Source of the DNA: a virus
Taxonomy: Duplodnaviria; Heunggongvirae; Uroviricota; Caudoviricetes
Direction: 5' to 3' (one strand)
Virus record (IMG/VR): IMGVR_UViG_2923344815_000006
Length of the DNA stretch: 18,657 nucleotides
Under the pieces are notes generated by a model that was not told the origin of the DNA, made no database searches, and was given only the letters and a program-made list of their open reading frames with translations. Positions within the stretch are counted from its first letter, which is position 1; each line of letters opens with the position of its first letter. This document shows positions 15,834-18,657 of this stretch, piece after piece. The position numbers and the translations under genes were made by a program.

Positions 15834-17048
15834 TCATGCGTGTTTTTCAAACACCATATGCACCACATTTCCGCCATGCTCGAGAGAATCCATATAGTCG
15901 GCATACCATTGAAGCATCTCCCGCCGTCCATCCAGATATTGCGCATGGTTGTATGTGCCACGAATTGAGTTCTTATCAACGTGAGCGAGCTGCGTTTCTA
16001 TCCACGCGGTGTTATAGCCCTGCTCATGCAAAATCGTGCTCATAGTGTGTCGGAACCCATGACCAGTTACACGTCCAGCGTAGCCAATGCGCTTAAACAC
16101 TTGGTTTATGCTGGCCTCACTCATTGTTTTCCTTGGATCATTGCGCCCGGGAAACATAAGAGGGTAATTGCCTGTTATTTCTCTAATCTTCCCAATAAGC
16201 GAAAGAGCCTGCTCAGACAATGGCACAATATGAGGCCGCCGCATTTTCATACGTGAAGCGGGTATCTCCCATATAGCCTTGTTGAAATCAATTTCATCCC
16301 ATAATGCGCCACGTAGTTCGCCAGTTCGCAAGCCGGTGATAATCAGTAGGCGAGCCGCCATAACAACCAATGCGCTTCCTGAGTAACTGGATAATGCCTT
16401 GAAAAAATCAGGTAATTCTTTGGTCGTAAGGAAAGGGTAATGATTAGATTCATGGCCTTGCATCGCGCTAGTAAGGTCTGGTGCAGGGTTATACTCTGCG
16501 CGACCAGTGACTATTGCATAGCGGAAAACTTCCCCGCACCGCTGCCTCACTTTTTTGGCTTTTTCTGTCGCACCGCGCCCCTCGATGCGCCGCAGCACAT
16601 TCAGAAGTTCAAGTGGTTTGATTTCGGCGATTGGTTTTTTGCCAATGTAAGGGAACACATCTTTGTTGAAGGCTTCGAGGATGTCTGAAGCATAACCAGC
16701 AGACCATTTTTTTAATTTGCTGCTGTGCCACTCAAGGGCAATATCTTTGAAGGTGTTGTTTAACTGCGTTTCCCGGGCAATCTTTTCCTCTCGTTTCGCT
16801 TCCATCGGATCGATACCACCAGCGATACCTCTTTTCGCATCTTCACGTTTTGCCCGAGCATCGGCTAGAGTAACCTCAGGATACACACCTAGTGCCAATA
16901 GCTTCTCTTTACCTGCTACACGATATTTAAGTCGCCAGTATTTACCTCCATTAGGTTTTACCAAGAGATACAAACCGCCACCATCGGCCAGCTTGTAAGC
17001 CTTCTCTTTTGGCTTGGCTGTGTCTATTTGACGGGCATTGAGTTTCAC
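15834..17048 (-). CDS. P4-type tyrosine integrase (DUF4102 arm-binding N-terminus)
   Basis: 404-aa product; N-terminal ...AKPKEKAYKLADGGGLYLLVKPNGGKYWRLKYR... and C-terminal R..HGFRHT..Y-type catalytic region; GTG start with GGAGG Shine-Dalgarno; adjacent to the tRNA. Confidence 0.9.
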   Translation of the reverse strand: MKLNARQIDTAKPKEKAYKLADGGGLYLLVKPNGGKYWRLKYRVAGKEKLLALGVYPEVTLADARAKREDAKRGIAGGIDPMEAKREEKIARETQLNNTFKDIALEWHSSKLKKWSAGYASDILEAFNKDVFPYIGKKPIAEIKPLELLNVLRRIEGRGATEKAKKVRQRCGEVFRYAIVTGRAEYNPAPDLTSAMQGHESNHYPFLTTKELPDFFKALSSYSGSALVVMAARLLIITGLRTGELRGALWDEIDFNKAIWEIPASRMKMRRPHIVPLSEQALSLIGKIREITGNYPLMFPGRNDPRKTMSEASINQVFKRIGYAGRVTGHGFRHTMSTILHEQGYNTAWIETQLAHVDKNSIRGTYNHAQYLDGRREMLQWYADYMDSLEHGGNVVHMVFEKHA

Positions 17049-17049
17049 T

Positions 17050-17213
17050 TGGGGGTACCTCCACTAAACCGAACAGCAAATACCCCCATAAGTACCCCCA
17101 TCTGACCGTAGATTTTGAGGGACTTTAGTAGACGTCAAAAGACGAACGGGGCTTTAATACGTGGATTATAAGGGGTTTTGAAAGACTTTAGTAGACTTGG
17201 GGAGATGTTTGAA
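17050..17213 (-). other. Proximal att arm between tRNA-Thr and integrase, with arm-type repeats
   Basis: GGGGGTA-type motifs at 17051-17057, 17082-17088 and 17094-17100; 13-bp direct repeat GACTTTAGTAGAC at 17121-17133 and 17184-17196; same arm motif recurs at 3921-3943. Confidence 0.6.
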
Positions 17214-17289
17214 TGGTGCCGATAATAGGAGTCGAACCTACGACCTTCGCATTACGAATGCGCTGCTCTACCAACTGAGCTATATCGGC
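17214..17289 (-). tRNA. thrW: tRNA-Thr (anticodon CGT)
   Basis: Reverse complement reads GCCGATATAGCTCAGTTGGTAGAGCAGCGCATTCGTAATGCGAAGGTCGTAGGTTCGACTCCTATTATCGGCACCA: canonical cloverleaf, CGT anticodon, CCA end. Confidence 0.95.
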
Positions 17290-17403
17290 CCTGAAAGGAC
17301 ATGTTCACGAACGTGAATCACGGTGGACAAGGTTAAAACTAACCGGGCGATGCGTCAATGGCCTTGTGAATCAAATGGCTACTTTTGCATCACCCGGTTT
17401 TAT

Positions 17404-18657
17404 TTACGCACGAATGGTGTAATCACCAATGCCGATCCACTTGTAAGTGGTCAGTGCTTCCAGCCCCATTGGGCCACGCGCGTGGAGTTTTTGTGTGCTT
17501 ACCGCCACTTCCGCACCCAGACCAAACTGGCCGCCGTCGGTAAAACGCGTAGAGGCGTTAACGTAAATAGCGGACGAATCCACTTCGTTAACAAAACGCT
17601 GGGCGTTGCGCATATCGCGGGTCAGGATCGCATCGGAGTGTTGTGTGCCGTGTTCACGAATATGGGCGATGGCATCGTCAAGATCGCTGACGATTTTGAC
17701 GTTCAAATCTAATGACAGAAACTCATCGTCATACTCTTCGGCTTTAACAGCAACCACCTTCGCAGGGCCTGCCTGCAACTGCGCCAGTGCAGCTGCATCT
17801 GCGTGTAATGTCACGCCGCTTTCCGCCATTTGTTTGCTTAATGCGGGCAGGAAGCTATCGGCGATGTTTTTATTCACCAGCAACGTTTCAACCGTATTAC
17901 ATGTGCTCGGACGCTGAGTTTTCGCGTTGACGATCACTTTTAATGCTTCAGCGATCTCTACACTTTCATCAACGTAAATATGGCATACGCCTATACCACC
18001 TGTGATCACCGGGATTGTCGACTGTTCACGGCACAGTTTATGCAAACCAGCGCCACCACGCGGGATCAGCATGTCGATGTATTTATCCATACGCAGCATT
18101 TCACTGACCAGCGCACGGTCAGGATTATCAATCGCCTGCACGGCACCCGCCGGTAAGCCGCAGGATTTCAGGGCGTCCTGAATCACCGCCACCGTTGCAG
18201 CGTTAGTGCGACACGTTTCTTTGCCACCGCGCAGGATCACCGCATTACCGGTTTTCAGGCACAGCGAAGCGACATCAACCGTCACGTTCGGGCGCGCTTC
18301 ATAAATCACGCCAATAACCCCCAGCGGTACGCGACGACGCTCAAGACGCAGGCCGCTGTCCAGTACGCCGCCATCGATTACCTGCCCCACCGGATCGGCG
18401 AGGTTGCACACCTGACGTACATCGTCGGCAATGCCTTTCAGCCGTGCGGGCGTCAGTGCCAGACGGTCAAGCATCGCTTCGCTAAGGCCATTGGCTCGCG
18501 CGTCAGCAACATCCTGGGCGTTAGCGTTGAGGATGATTTCGCTTTGTGCTTCCAGTTCATCGGCGATTTTTTCCAGCACGCGATTTTTTTCGCGGCTGGA
18601 GAGTTGCGCTAATTTATACGAGGCTTGCTTCGCGGCAATGCCCATTTGTTCCAGCAT
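17404..18657 (-). CDS. proA: Gamma-glutamyl phosphate reductase (glutamate-5-semialdehyde dehydrogenase)
   Basis: 417-aa translation ([38 protein letters not shown]...) recognised as E. coli ProA; start codon at the window edge; next to thrW as in E. coli. Confidence 0.95.
   Translation of the reverse strand: MLEQMGIAAKQASYKLAQLSSREKNRVLEKIADELEAQSEIILNANAQDVADARANGLSEAMLDRLALTPARLKGIADDVRQVCNLADPVGQVIDGGVLDSGLRLERRRVPLGVIGVIYEARPNVTVDVASLCLKTGNAVILRGGKETCRTNAATVAVIQDALKSCGLPAGAVQAIDNPDRALVSEMLRMDKYIDMLIPRGGAGLHKLCREQSTIPVITGGIGVCHIYVDESVEIAEALKVIVNAKTQRPSTCNTVETLLVNKNIADSFLPALSKQMAESGVTLHADAAALAQLQAGPAKVVAVKAEEYDDEFLSLDLNVKIVSDLDDAIAHIREHGTQHSDAILTRDMRNAQRFVNEVDSSAIYVNASTRFTDGGQFGLGAEVAVSTQKLHARGPMGLEALTTYKWIGIGDYTIRA

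Larger units (their letters stand above)
754..17213. mobile_element. P4/PICI-like satellite-type integrative element at thrW (rearranged; includes IS1 copy 2)
   Basis: tRNA-adjacent integrase plus AlpA, antirepressor, helicase-like gene, iteron blocks and att arm sites at both ends; 4021-4199 inside this span is inferred to be inverted chromosomal flank. Confidence 0.7.

Noticed and set aside
15454-16998. Small ORFs in the alpA-int intergenic region and inside the integrase gene (15454..15669, 15771..16045, 15981..16256, 16440..16998)
   Set aside because: Short, unsupported, or shadow ORFs of the integrase gene.
17290-17403. Possible proA terminator or thrW promoter in the proA-thrW spacer
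   Set aside because: Only imperfect hairpins (TTCACG-AA-CGTGAA and a long-loop stem) without a clean T-run or consensus promoter hexamers; not confident enough to annotate.

Overview
Enterobacterial (E. coli-like) chromosome at the proA-thrW locus, carrying a ~16 kb P4/PICI-like satellite-type integrative element inserted at the 3-prime end of tRNA-Thr. Chromosomal core at the right end: proA (17404..18657, -) and tRNA-Thr(CGU) (17214..17289, -). From the tRNA leftwards the element encodes an integrase, AlpA, an antirepressor-like protein, a DUF4222-like protein, a chain of small coupled genes, and a DUF927/SF3 helicase-like protein that appears 5-prime-truncated. Two near-identical iteron blocks (3217..3338 and 10049..10160) bracket a ~6.7 kb cargo region. 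The cargo holds the best candidate for an undescribed system: a minus-strand operon of a 57-aa RHH-like protein plus 492-aa and 701-aa Ala/Gln-rich proteins with no motif I can recognise, convergent with an AT-rich 4-TM membrane protein gene. Left part: an Abi_2 (AbiD/AbiF-type) gene with an ~820 bp repeat- and palindrome-rich upstream region, a 146-aa putative DNA-binding protein and a PerC-like regulator. Two inverted IS1 copies (<1..753 and 4200..4967) flank a 3.4 kb segment; a 9-bp target-duplication signature and an inverted distal att junction (3921..4022) indicate IS1 insertion followed by IS1-mediated inversion, which also split the membrane protein gene. All calls rest on reading the sequence and ORF translations; no database search was run.
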